The position numbers and the translations under genes are program-made. This document shows positions 41,938 through 54,191 of a stretch of 64,000 bases of DNA, piece by piece. The stretch is from Octopus sinensis (lineage: Eukaryota), in contig NC_043006.1 in the NCBI RefSeq assembly GCF_006345805.1, positions 13,268,001 through 13,332,000 of the forward strand. The letters are read 5' to 3'. How positions within the stretch are numbered: the first letter of the stretch is position 1; every line of letters starts with the position of its first letter. The notes beneath the pieces are model-generated. The model did no database searches. It saw nothing but the letters and a program-made list of their open reading frames with translations, and was not told the DNA's origin.

Positions 41938-42558
41938 GTTATCGGTAAGCTAATATGGCAGTCCATAAATATAGGACGAAAGCTGCCGTTGATTAGCTCC
42001 AAGAGGCCTTCGCCTCTAGCTAGCTATGTGACACACGAACCTGTGTCCATTATAACCTTCGAACAGGGGAGGTCAGCCGCTTCCCCTTCCTGGTCAGGCA
42101 TCTGCAGACATGTTTCAGGGTATTTGCCCTTTATCAATGCAGAGTAGCCGAACACAGCAGGCGTCGTTGCTGACCGTCTGTTCGAAGAATTATTTACCTA
42201 ATTTCAGTGGAATACATCAAGTTGTTTTCAAAAATAGAAATATTATTATTTCTAAGTCTCTCTAAAGGAGACTACAGCAGCAGTACTGGATATTAACAGT
42301 TATCGCCAAGCTAATATGGCAGTCCATAAATATAGGACGAAAGCTGCCGTTGATTAGCTCCAAGAGGCCCTCGCCTCTAGCTAGCTATGTGACACACGAA
42401 CCTGTGTCCATTATAACCTTCGAACAGGGGAGGTCAGCCGCTTCCCCTTGCTTCGTCCTATACTTATGGACTGCCATATTAGCTTGGCGATAACTGTTAA
42501 TACCCAGTACTGCTGCCGTAGTCTCCTTGAGAGAAACTTAGAAATAATAATATTTCTA
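41938..42558 (-). mobile_element. Penelope-type pLTR arrangement: direct repeat (360-bp period) plus inverted copy, with a hammerhead between
   Basis: 41938-42087 is repeated at 42298-42448, and 42236-42343 is inverted at 42451-42558. Homologous to the 12038-12303 palindrome arm. Confidence 0.75.
42101..42143 (-). ncRNA. Minimal type I hammerhead ribozyme (U3-A8 compensatory variant)
   Basis: Minus strand: UCUGCA UUGAUAA AGGG caaaua CCCU GAAA CAUG UC UGCAGA. All three stems intact, palindromic loop III, GUC cleavage site. Confidence 0.8.
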
Positions 42559-45513
42559 CAAGTAAAAATTATTTGACTATATTTTCTCAAATATTTTTGG
42601 TATTCAATAATAGTTTCAAATGTCAAGAAAGTTAATTCCTCTTGATGATGATGATAGTTATCTTATCACAACTAGTGACTTTAATGGACGTATTGGATGC
42701 CTATTCTGATATACACAGAGGCAATAGATATGGTAGAAGGGATAAAAAAGGAATAAAGGCTCTTGGATTTCTGTGGTGCAACACTAACTTCAGGAAACAT
42801 TCCAACCACCTTCAGATAAATGTGTTGGCCAGGTAGGTTTCATACTCATCAGGAAAAGGAACAGGCAACATATTGTGAATACTAAGTCATTCCCCAATGA
42901 AGAATATACATAGATTAGTGAACAACAGGCTCAAAATAAGAGAGAATGTCTCAGAAACATATGACAATTTGCAAGAGGAAGCTATGGAGCCTGAAAGGGC
43001 ACTGAGCAATGCACAGATTCAAAGAAATACTAATTGATGTCTATAGTGATGAAGTGGATATAAAAATATGAGAGAAGACAATTGAGAGCTTGCACAAGAC
43101 AACATCCTGGAAACAACAGAGTAAGGTTCCAACAAGACAGGTGACATGGTAGTGGGATGGTACAGTAGATAAAGCTATAAAAGCTAAAAGATTCCAAGAA
43201 AGATGGGGGAGTGAGGAGCAGTCAGGTAGCTAAAAATAATAACATAGAAGTCAGATATACATAGTACTTGAGAAAGTTTACCAATGTTCTGCATTTAGAA
43301 GATAAGAGACATGAAGTATTTTGGATTGTAAAACATTATCTCAGCACTAATTGTGATGTCATCAGAGAAAAGTGTGTGCTGCATCATAACAGCATGCTAA
43401 CTATCGCAGACATTAAGAAAAAGGAGACATGGAAATGTCATGAGGGAACACAAAGAGAAAAGGGGCAGAATGGAGATTAACCAAAGTAAAACCAACAGAG
43501 GGACTGTTACTGAGTTACTGAAATTGACAAAAGCATGAATGAGGATATGAAGACAAGGGAAGCAGCTAGAGCAAAGGGATAGTCACTGAGATGAAAATAT
43601 GTCATAGGAGAACATGAGAGATTGTCACTTGCACAGTCAGTTTAGTAGTATAAAGTGGTGTCATACCCATTGACTGACTCAACAATGTCATCATCATCGT
43701 TTAACGTCCGCTTTCCATGCTAGCATGGGTTGGACGATTTTGACTGAGGGCTGGCGAACCAGGCTCCAATCTTGATCTGGCAGAATTTCTACAGCTGGAT
43801 GCCCTTCCTAACGCCAACCACTCCGAGAGTGTAGTGGGTGCTTTTTACGTGCTACCGGCATGGGCGCCAGTCAGGTGATACTGGCAACGACTTCACTCGA
43901 ATCTTCTTTACATGCATCATCCGCACAGGTGCCAATGAAGCGAGGTTGGTAACGATCACGCTCGAATGGTACTCTTTTACATGCCACAGGTACGGAAGCC
44001 AGTTGGCTGCTCTGGCAGCGATCACGCTCAGATTAGCACCCTACTAGCACATGCACAAGTGCCAGTAAGGCGACACTGGTAACGATCGCCTTACTGACAA
44101 CAATGCCATCTTTTGTCTACTACAAAGAGAAATCAGATGTTTTAAAAAGAAGCAACTACAGTGCTATAAAACTACTAACGGATCAATTTCAAATAAGAAA
44201 AAGCACCATCCGTTCGTGGCCGTTGCCAGCCTCACCTGGCCCCCATCCCGGTGGCACGTAGCACCATCCGTTCGTGACCGTTGCCAGTCTTCCTTGGCCT
44301 CCGTGCCGGTGGCACGTAAAAGCACCATCCATTCGTGGCCGTTGCCAGCCTCGCCTGGCCCCCGTGCCGGTGGCACATAAAAAGCACCATCTGTCCGTGG
44401 CCGTTTGCTAGCTCCGTCTGGCACCTGTGCGGGTGGCACGTAAAAAGCACCCACTACACTCACGGAGTGGTTGACGTTAGGAAAGGCATCCAGCCGTAGA
44501 AACACTGCCAGATCAGACTGGGCCTGGTGCAGCCTTCTGGCTTCACAGACCCCCAGTTGAACCGTCCAACCCATGCTAGCATGGAAAGCGGACGCTAAAT
44601 GATGATGATAAAGAGAATCGACTTAAATGAGATACAACTTGGGGTTGTGTCATAACAGAATACCACCAATACCCTCTTCTTAATAATACAACTATTCAGA
44701 AGTTCTTAAGTAAGGCATTCACTGAGCTAGAGAAGGCCTTTCACAGGGGACCATTTGTAGTCTGGTAGACGCTAAGAAAACTAAGAACCAATGAATGTCA
44801 TGTGTACTGAAGCCGTGTACAGGGATGATGTCAGCAAAAGTCTGAGTTAGCAATGAGTTTAACAAAGAATCCAGCATATAGGTAGGTGACCATCAGGGCT
44901 CCTTTCTCAGTTTCCTAATGTCTATTATAGTGCTCTAGGCCTTAAAAGAAGACTAGTCCGCCTCAGAAACTCTTGTATGTTGATGACTAAGTTCACATAG
45001 GTGAACCTGTTAAAGCTTTCAAAATGATATTTCCAAACGTGGAAGCAAAAATAGAATTGGTAGGTCTCAGAGTAAACCTAGCAACAACAAATGTTTTAGT
45101 AGGAAAGAAGACAAGATTCTAGTGCCATCTAGGAAACGGTCATATTCAATTAGTAGAAAAAATAGTAAATAGGGATCCCTAATGTAAAATTTAAGCGCAC
45201 AATGATGTAGGGAGATCACAGCTAAGCTGACAAAGGGGAACATTGTAACAGATGCACAGGAATAGGTCATAGTAAAAACATGCTTGAAATTAATCCTTTC
45301 AAACTGGAAGGTTCCTGAGAAGTAGTTGATAGTTTGTTGCCAAGGAAACCTTATTAGCAGTGGAGAGAACAATTCTGGAAACAGAAGCCAGGGTAAGGAG
45401 GAGGAGGAAAAAGTTCAAGGAGTTATTACTTCTGCTGGCAACAAGTAAATGTTTTTCTCTTTCTTTCTTCTAGTAAAAGGATAGATTGTATGATGCTTGT
45501 GTACATAGTAGAG

Positions 45514-46015
45514 TGAAGGTGCGTGGCTTAGTGGTTAGGGTGTCAGCATCATGATCGTAAGATTGTGGTTTCGATTCCTGGACCAGGCAACGCATTGTGT
45601 TCTTGAGCAAAACACTTCATTTCACATTGCTCCAGTCCACTCAGCTGGCAAAAATGAGTAACGCTACAATGGACTGGCGTCCCATCCAGCTGGGGAACAC
45701 ATACGCCATAGAGACCGGGAAACCAAGCCCATGAGCCTGGCTAGGCTTTAAAAGGGCGAATTTAGTGGAGGCGTGTGGCTTAGTAGTTAGGGTGTCAGCA
45801 CCATGATCACAAGATTGTGGTTTTGATTCCTAAACTGGGCGACGCGTTGTGTTCTTAAGCAAAACACTTCATTTCACCTTGCTCCAGTCCACTCAGCTGG
45901 CAAAAATGAGTAACGCTGCGATGGACTGATGTCTCGTCCAGATGGGGAATACATACGCCATTAAAAACCGGGAAATAGGGCCCATGAGCCTGGCTAGGCT
46001 TTAAAAGGGCGCATT
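45514..46015 (+). mobile_element. Head-to-tail dimer of SINE family E
   Basis: Two approx. 250-bp units, each ending ctaggctttaaaagggcg. Confidence 0.88.
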
Positions 46016-46249
46016 TATTATTATTTATTGTGTACATAGTATAACAATGCAAAGACAGGAAAGAAATGAGATGACACAGAAAGTGTAATGTTAGCATGTA
46101 ATTTACAAGGCACAAACGTGCTGAGAAAAATAAAACTAGATGCAACAGGAATTAGATGCAGTGAACAAGAGAAAAGACTGAGCTAGTACAAGCAATGTGA
46201 TGTGTATTGAAGATGAGAGTTGGACAAAGAAGTAGTAAGTTTTTTTTTT

Positions 46250-46550
46250 TTGTTCCTTCTCGAGCCATGCTGGCTCATAAGGGCCGGTTTTCCGGTTTCC
46301 TTGGTGTATAGGTTTCCCACCTGGACAGGAAGCTGGCCCGTCGCAGGTGAGCTGCAAGATCCAGGAGGAAAGAGTGAGAGAAAGCTATGGTGAAAGAGTC
46401 AGCAGAAGTCTCGCCATTATCTTCTGCCGGAGCCGCGTGGAGCTTAGGTGTTTCGCTCATAAACACACACACATGGCCCGGTCTGAGATTCGAACTCGCG
46501 ATCCCTCGACCGCAAGTCCGCTGCTCTAACCACTAGGCCAAGCACCTCCA
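46250..46550 (-). mobile_element. SINE family C head with V-like tail
   Basis: Family C-like head; tail cctgcgacgggccagc..gtccagg..gaaaccggccc..ggctcgagaaggaac (also at 7985-8090). Confidence 0.8.
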
Positions 46551-46820
46551 CAAAGAAGTAGTAAGTGATCCAAATAGAAGAAACCTGCAAAGGCAGGAGA
46601 CTGAAGGAGGATAAAAGCTGAAGTGGTTAAAAGTTTCAGAAAGTTGAAGACTACAAAGGATCACAGCAAATGAGGAAATACTGTTGCAGGGAAAATCCAT
46701 AGAAATCATGCAAACATAGGAAAATAGACATACAAATGATGGTGATGATGATGATGATGATGGAAGATAAAAAAAAAATGGTTAAAAATAGATGAATTCA
46801 TAACCTGAAGTATACCAACC

Positions 46821-47364
46821 GGATCTTTTCGCTTTGAACGGCAGATTTTTAACATAATTTCTAGGTAACTAAAAAATTTTAAACTTCGTATACTGGTAGA
46901 ATGTGTTTATAAAACATCTTTTTCTCTTGGCTTTCTTGAGAAAATTCTATAGTTTGTAAGATATTTGTTGTTGTTTTTTCTTCAATTTCTGCAATTTCGA
47001 CCAATCAGTGATGTCTATTGAAGTGAAACCATTCTGTGCCGTATGAATATGTCCCTCATTTAAGATATTTGTTGTTTATTTTCTTGCATTTTGGCAATTT
47101 CAACCAATCAATGATGTCTATTGAGGTGAAAACGACACACTACGGCAGAAATCGTTTTCACCTCAATAGACGTCGTTGATTGGTTGAAATTGCCGAAATG
47201 CAAGAAAATAAACAACAAATATCTTACAAACTACAGAATTTTCTCAACGAAAGCCAAGAGAAAAAGATGTTTTATAAACACATTCTACCAGTATACGAAG
47301 TTTAAAATTTTTTAGTTACATAGAAATTATTTTAAAAAGTCTGCCGGTCAAACCGAAAATATCC
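46821..47364. mobile_element. Fold-back MITE with 8-bp TSD (TACCAACC) and GG termini, possibly Merlin-family
   Basis: TSD at 46813-46820 and 47365-47372. The element is almost entirely inverted repeat (more than 200-bp arms, 16-nt central spacer near 47143); the left arm has an internal duplication. Confidence 0.88.
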
Positions 47365-47581
47365 TACCAACCAATTCAAACATTAAATCATTGTATTGTT
47401 GAATACAACAAGTTAGGATGAATAGAAGATGTAGTTCAACACATGACTATCACAGATTTCTTTTCACAAACACCAACATTAAAACAAAGTTAAAAATTTA
47501 CCAGCCATTAATTAATAGCTTAAATATTCCAGCTATAATTAAAAAAATACTCTTCTTCATATGATCAAGTCAATGAAACAA

Positions 47582-47587
47582 TTTATT
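47582..47587 (-). terminator. Candidate polyadenylation signal AATAAA of UQCRH
   Basis: tttatt on the plus strand, about 95 nt downstream of the stop codon. Confidence 0.5.
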
Positions 47588-47681
47588 TTAGACTTGTATT
47601 TTACATGAAGAATTTACAAAAAAATTGTCTGTTGATCTAAATAAATTTACAGCTTTGTAAAAGCCTCTACAAACTCCTTCA

Positions 47682-47714
47682 TTATTTCAACTTCGAAAAC
47701 AATGTTTTTGCTGC
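47682..47714 (-). CDS. UQCRH: Cytochrome b-c1 complex subunit 6 (hinge protein), last coding exon (AAKTLFSKLK*)
   Basis: Acceptor tttctttctttgtttgcag, phase 0. Matches the family C-terminus (human VAHKLFNNLK); TAA stop. Confidence 0.92.
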   Translation of the reverse strand, partial: AAKTLFSKLK

Positions 47715-49289
47715 CTGCAAACAAAGAAAGAAAAAAAAAATCTGAATAAATAACAGCACATAAATAGAGATAACAAAAATAGTAAATTTATCACAATTAG
47801 TACCATTATTAGTAAGAAGTTCACTATTATACATTTAACATATAATCTTTATATTCATCTAAATTACCATATTCTTGTTGAAACACGCTGCCTTTTGTTT
47901 CAATTAATTTCGAAAATAATGAAGAATTCACTAATAAAACTGTGTCGTTATTGAGCTGGGGCTTGGAACAAATTAACGAGGAATTTTGATGGAAAATTTT
48001 AATTTGAATTACTTTAACCATTTAGCATTCAGATTACAACCAAATGTACGGCGTATTTATTCACGTTTTATCACATTTTATCTTGTAGCTTAGAGATTTT
48101 GAAGATAATTGGTTATTTCAAGAATGACATTATAGGACAGGTGCAAGAGGCTGGACCAGACCAGTTTGGACAAAAAACAAGTAGAATATTTTGGGCTGAA
48201 TATGGCCTGTTTAAATGCTAAAGGGCTAAATCAGGAAGCTTATATCATAAAACTTGGAGCAGTCCTGAGTGGGTTGGTATCAAAAGGGTTGATCATCATC
48301 ATCATCGTTTAACGTCCGCTTTCCATGCTAGCATGGGTTGGACGATTTTGACTGGCAAACCAGATGGCTGCACCAGGCTCCAATCTTGATCTGGCAGAGT
48401 TTCTACAGCCAGATGCCCTTCCATACGCCAACCACTCCGAGAGTGTAGTGGGTGCTTTTTACATAAAACTTTGTATCAATTCTGACAGGGCAGACCTATA
48501 TTGAAAGGCATTCAAGCTATAACCCATAGCATTTCCAAAGGATTATCTAAGTCTACAGTTATCTAGTTATGGTGTTAGTGTTTGATTTATCGGAAATATA
48601 GTGTGTATTTCATTTATATAAACAGCAGTGTTATTGGTTGCAGGTATCCAATGGATCTCTTACTGGTTCACTACATTTTTCCGATAAGGGAGAGAGGGAA
48701 GTGTTTGTGTAATTCAATGCAGTTCTTTTATTTTGGCACAGGGCCAGCAATTTTGAGGAATGGGGAAATTAATTACATCAACCTCAGTTATCAACTATTA
48801 CATATTTCATCAGCTTGCAAGAGAATGAAAGGCAAAGTCAACCTCAGCAGAATTTGAACTCAGAACACGAAGACAGATGAAATGCAGCTAAGTATTTTGT
48901 ACCCAGGGCTAACGATTTTGTCAGATTGTCACCTTAATCATCAGCATCATCGTTTAACGTCCGTTTTCCATGCTAGCATGGGTTGGACGGTTCAACTGGG
49001 GTCTGGGAAGCCAGGAGGCTGCACAAAGCTCCAGTCTGATCAGGCAATGTTTCTACGGCTGGATGCCCTTCCTAACGCCAACCACTCCGAGAGTGTAGTG
49101 GGTGCTTTTTATGTACCACCTCCACGATCGGATGGTGCTTTTTACGTGCCACCGGCATGGGGGCCAGACGAGGCCTTAATGAAAATAACAAACAAATATC
49201 AAAACATATATGAACATAGAACTTCACTCAAAATAGTTGGCTGTTGTGGGGGACACTCCCGAGTGAGAGAAGTAGGCTGTTCCACTACA

Positions 49290-49625
49290 AATAAATTGCA
49301 TTCTGTCAGTTAAGACGACATGGGTCCCAGCTGATACAATCAACAGAACAGCTTTGCTCATGAAATTAACGTGCAAGTGGCTGAGCATTCCACAGACACG
49401 TGTACCCCTAACATAGTTCTCAGGGAGATTCAGCATGACACAGAATGTGTCAAGGCTGGCCCTTTGGAATTGGAATACAGGTACTATTCATTTTTGCCAG
49501 CTGAGTGGACTGGAGCAACGTGAAATAAAGTGTCTTGCTCAAGGACACAAAGCGTCGCTGGGAATTGAACTCATGACCTTACAATTGTGAGTCAAATGCC
49601 CTAATCACTAAGCCACACACCTTCA
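49290..49625 (-). mobile_element. SINE with family E head and the tail of family C copy 985-1368
   Basis: Head gtgaaggtgtgtggcttagtg; tail aaattaacgtgcaagtggctgagca..ccacagacacg. Confidence 0.8.
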
Positions 49626-49859
49626 CACAAATAAATAGTGGTCAGCCACAAGTGAAGCAGTAGAGCAGTCAACGAGGTACGCAGTTCACGGCTAGTCAAA
49701 CTGACAGCGAAGTATGCTGTTATAATACAAGACATAACAGTGTCAAGCAAGACATAACACTGGCCTTGTGCCAAAATAAGATCGGCACCAAGTTACCCAA
49801 ATACTTCCTTGTCTATCTTAATAATGGAAAAGGAAGCAAACCAGTGGGAGGGCTATTGG

Positions 49860-50538
49860 ATACCTATTTCTTTACTACCCACAAGGGATTAAACACAGAG
49901 GAGACAAACAAGGACAAACAAAGGGATTAAGTCAATTACATCAACCCCAGTGCATAACTGGTACTTAATTTATCGACCCCGAAAGGATGAGAGGCAAAGT
50001 CGACCTCGGCGGAATTTGAACACAGAATGTAGCGGCAGACAAAATACCTATTTCTTTACTACCCACATGGTACTTAATTTATCGACCCTGAAAGGATGAG
50101 AGGCAAAGTCGACCATGGCAGAATTTGAACTCAGAACATAACGGCAAACGAAATACCTATTTTTTTTACTACCCACAAGGGGCTAAACACAGAGAGGACA
50201 AATGGATTAAGTTGATTATATCGACCCCAGTGCATAACTGGTACTTATTTACTTGACCCCGAAAGGATGAAAGGCAAAGTCGACCTCACAGAATTTGAGC
50301 TCAGAACGTAGCGGCAGACCAAATACCTATTTCTTTACTACCCACAAGGGGACAAACATGGACAAACAAAGGTATTAAGTCGATTATATCGACCCCAGTG
50401 TGTAACTGGTACTTAATTTATCAATCCCGAAAGGATTAAAGGCAAAGTCAACCTCGGCGGAATTTGTACTCAGAACGTAACGGCAGACGAAATACAGCTA
50501 TGCATTTCGCCTGGTGTGCTAACGATTCTGCCAGCTCG
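49860..50538 (-). mobile_element. Four-unit tandem array of SINE family A
   Basis: One unit with a head followed by three head-less units joined at aaatacc|tatttcttt. Confidence 0.88.
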
Positions 50539-52704
50539 GGCCATTAGATACTTGTAAGCAACAACACTGCTGTGATATAAAATTGAATTAGCATGTATGT
50601 GATTAAATATGCCACAGACACATGTCCCTTAGCATAGTTCTCACACTGAATCAGTGTAACACGGTCCGAGTTAAGCCTGAACCATTGATATATGGGGCCA
50701 GCGCCGCCTTGACTGGCTTCCGTGCCGGTGGTATGTAAAAAGCACCCACTACACTCATGGAGTCGTTGGTGTTAGGAAGGGCATCCAGCTGTAGAAACAC
50801 TGCCAGATCAGACTGGAGCCTGGTGCAGCCTTCTGGCTTCCCAGATCCTGGTTGAACTGTCCAACCCATGCTAGCAGGGAAAACGGACGTTAAACGATGA
50901 TGATGATGATGATGATGGAGCAGACTGCAGCAGAAAAGCCTCCCATGTTTTATATTGCAATTAATGTGGCACAAGTTAAGTTAGTAATGATACTCTCATG
51001 TAGCTAATGTTCTACCTTTTTTTTTGTTTCTTTCTTTCCTTACAAGTTACCATCATAATCTGGCCCAGTGAACACAGAGCATCTGTAGTTGACATGTTTG
51101 TCAAGGTGTTTTTTGCTTCACCCTAGAAAACTCATTTGATGGAATTCTAAGCAGTTTCTACAAATCTAATTTCACCGTCAATACTTGGGTTGACCAGAGG
51201 TTGGGGTAAAAGACATTTACCCAAAAAGCCATGCAATGGGATTGAACCTGGGATCTAAATATTATGAAGTGAACTTCTTAACCATTCAGTTATGTAGTAG
51301 TCAGAAATGGTTACAATAGCATAAAACTAATTTCAAATTTTGGCACAAGGCCAGTAAGTTTGGGGAAGAGGGAAGTCAATTACATCGACCCCAGTGCTTA
51401 ACTGGTACTTATTTTGTAGACCCCTAAAGAGATGAAAGGCAAAGTCGACCTCAGTAGAATTTGAACTCAGAACGTAGAGATGGATGAAATACCACAAAGC
51501 ATTCTGGCATGGGTTGGACGATTTGATATGGAGCTGGCCACTTGGGGAGCTGTTCAGACTCCAATAATCTGAAGTGGCATGGTTTCTATGGCAGGATACG
51601 TTGCCAGAGCGGCTATCTGGCCTCCATGCCGGTAGCACATAAAAGACACCATTCAAGTGTGATCGTTACCAGCATTGCCTTACTGGCACCTGTGCCGGTG
51701 GCATGCGTAAAAGATTCGAGCGAGGTCGTTGCCAGTACCGCCTGACTGGTCCCATGCTGGTGGCACGTAAAAGCACCCACTACATTCCCGGAGTGGTTGA
51801 CATTAGGAAGGGCATCCAGCTGTAGAAACTCTGCCAGATCAAGAGTGTAGCCTGATGCAGCCATCTGGTTTGCCAGCCCTCAGTCATTCGTCCAACCCCT
51901 GCTAGCATGGAAAGCGGACATTAAACGATGATGATGATGATGATGACAAAATTGATTTGTGATACCCACCCAAAGTTAAAATCTGGAGGAAGGGTACAGC
52001 TTATTTAACCAATTCCCTTCTTGATTGATACTTAATTTAATTGTCCCAAGAAGATGAAAAATAAGGCTGTCTGCAGTGAGATTTGAACTCAAGATGTAAA
52101 GGGACATAACCAAATAGTGTAAGGTAATATTGTCCAGCACTCTACCAATAGAGCTAATTCAACAACTTTGGTAACAATAAGCAAAATGAGGTAATGAAGA
52201 ATCAAGGAAATTCCAGGAGTTGGTTGTCCCGCAAGATGGAGAAGCCAAATCTCCCTCAAATTACACCCTACTTACAGAAAAGCAAATTGGGAAAGATAGA
52301 TTGGAAAATATGGTTTAGGATATATATTTCTTTATTGCCCTCTAGGGGCTAAACATAGAGAGGACAAACAAGGACAGACAAAGGGATTAATCGATTCCAT
52401 CGACCCCAGTGCAAAACCGGTACTTTATTTATCGACCCCCAAAAGGATGAAAGGCAAAGTTGACCTTGGCAGAATTTGAACTCAGAACATAACGGCAGAC
52501 GAAATACGGCTACACATTTCGCCCAGCGTGCTAACGGTTCTGCCAGCTCGCCGTGAACAAAGAGAGAAAAATAAAAAACATAAAATGAATAATCACAGAT
52601 TACAAATCGAAGATATGGTCTCTTCAATCAACGTTGTTCTGGGGCTAAACAAAATCAACAACACTAACAAAACTGCAACAAGGAGTATAAAGATAATTTC
52701 CTAC

Positions 52705-53309
52705 TAGGCGCAGGAGTGGCTGTGTGGTAAGTAGCTTGCTTACGAACCACATAGTGCTGGGTTCTGTCCCACTGCATGGCACCTTGGGCAAGTGTCTTCT
52801 ACTATAGCCTCGGGCCGACCGAAGCCTTGTGAGTGGATTTGGTAGACGGAAACTGAAAGAAGCCCGTCGTATCATCATCATCATCATCGTTGAGCGTTCG
52901 CTTTCCATGCTAGCATGGGTTGGACGGTTCAACTAGGGTTCTGGGAAGCCAGAAGGATGCACCAGGCCCAGTCTGATCTGAAAAAGTTTCTACAGCTGGA
53001 TGCCCTTCCTAACGCCAACCACTCCGCGAGTGTAGTGGGTTCTTTTTACGTGCCACCAGCACAGGTGCCAGACGAGTGTATGTTTGTGTGTGTCTGTGTT
53101 TGTCCCTCCAACATCGCTTGACAACCAATGGTGGTGTGTTTACGTCCCCGTAACTTAGCGATTCAGCAAAAGGGACCGATAGAATAAGTACTGGGCTTCC
53201 AAAGAATAAGTCCGGGGGTCGAGTTGCTTGACTGAAGGCGGTGCTCCAGCATGGCCGCAGTCAAATGACTGAAACAAGTAAAAGGGTAAAAGAGTAAGAG
53301 AGTAAGAGT
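52705..53309 (+). mobile_element. SINE family B with a nested family D copy, ending at the UQCRH splice donor
   Basis: B head 52705-52870, D insert 52871-53075, B tail up to the (agagta) repeats adjoining acttac. Confidence 0.85.
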
Positions 53310-53315
53310 ACTTAC

Positions 53316-53474
53316 GCAATAATCAACACAATGAAATAAATCCATTAGTTCTTCAGTACAGTCTTCAGTTGTTTTAGTGCGAGAATTCACACGGTCATTA
53401 CAAGTATCTAACTTCTCCTGATACTTTGAACAATTAGCCTCTCGACATTTATCACGCAAAGTGTCGTGGATATC
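53316..53474 (-). CDS. UQCRH: Cytochrome b-c1 complex subunit 6, central exon (DIHDTLRDKC...EDCTEELMDLFHCVDYC)
   Basis: UCR hinge signature C.DRV.SR..T.EDCTEEL.D..H..D.C; tttcag acceptor and gtaagt donor; 159 nt, phase 0/0. Confidence 0.97.
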
Positions 53475-53673
53475 CTGAAAGCAGACAATTAATTTATGGA
53501 ACTAACGAATGTTGACGAAGGGAAGTAAATAAACCATGACTAATATACACACATACATGTGTGCGTATGTATGCAAGTATGTATGTATATATATATAGGT
53601 ACTGTAAATTTAGAGTGGATACTTGATAAGTGTAAGCACCTGTAGATGCCAGATATTGGCAGAGGTGAGAGAG

Positions 53674-53770
53674 TATGTATCAAATATAAATTAAAAACAG
53701 AACACAAAGGATATAACACGTGTACTGCGATATCCTTTGTGTTCTGTTTTTAATTTATATTTGATACATA
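53674..53770. repeat. Perfect inverted repeat, 41-bp arms, 15-nt loop
   Basis: tatgtatcaaat...caaaggatat / atatcctttg...tttgatacata. Confidence 0.92.
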
Positions 53771-53962
53771 TATAATATTATATATTTATCATTCATTTTA
53801 TACATTTTGAGATCTAGTTATAAGTTATATATTTAAAAGAAAAATTATATATATATATATATATAGTTAATCCAAACAAGAAAACACAAAAAAAACAGCA
53901 ATGCGAGGACGTGGAACAAATAAAGTATTATTGGACGCTCAGGAAAGAAGGGAAGAAGGAGG

Positions 53963-53997
53963 GTTTAACGTTTCGAGCGGAGCTCTTCGTCGGAAAC
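53963..53997 (-). ncRNA. Minimal hammerhead-like motif (U4C core, extra A)
   Basis: Minus strand: guuu CCGACGAA GAGC ucc GCUC GAAA CGUU aaac. Confidence 0.6.
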
Positions 53998-54191
53998 AAA
54001 GGAGAAGGAAAGATCCCGAGAAGGGAAGACAGAGGAAAAAAATTGCTGCCGGTGCTCACGAGGTTGCATAATAGTGGTTTTATCTGTATATATATATATA
54101 TAGGGAGAATTCACAAAAAAACAAAAGACAAAGACAGGTGGTGTAGACAACAAACAGATGTATTAGTATAACGCTCAGGAAGTGAAAAAGT

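Larger units (their letters stand above)
42640..46762 (+). mobile_element. Highly decayed RTE-type LINE, fragmented by SINEs
   Basis: NCDVIREKCV...KKETWKCH at about 43350 matches the 63301-63930 ORF (NRDVIGEKCV...KKEAWRIH). Further RT-like relics at 44620-45500; ends in an (ATG)n tail at about 46740-46762. Confidence 0.6.

Noticed and set aside
42830-42860. Minus-strand CUGAUGA-guau-GAAAC
   Set aside because: No stem I or stem III complementarity; lies within a decayed LINE.
44200-50538. Tandem units as a CRISPR-like array
   Set aside because: Units are SINE-derived with no unique spacers, there are no cas genes, and the context is eukaryotic.
53163-53315. C-terminal part of ORF 53163-53459
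   Set aside because: Intronic SINE read-through beyond the gtaagt donor; the true C-terminus is at 47682-47714.
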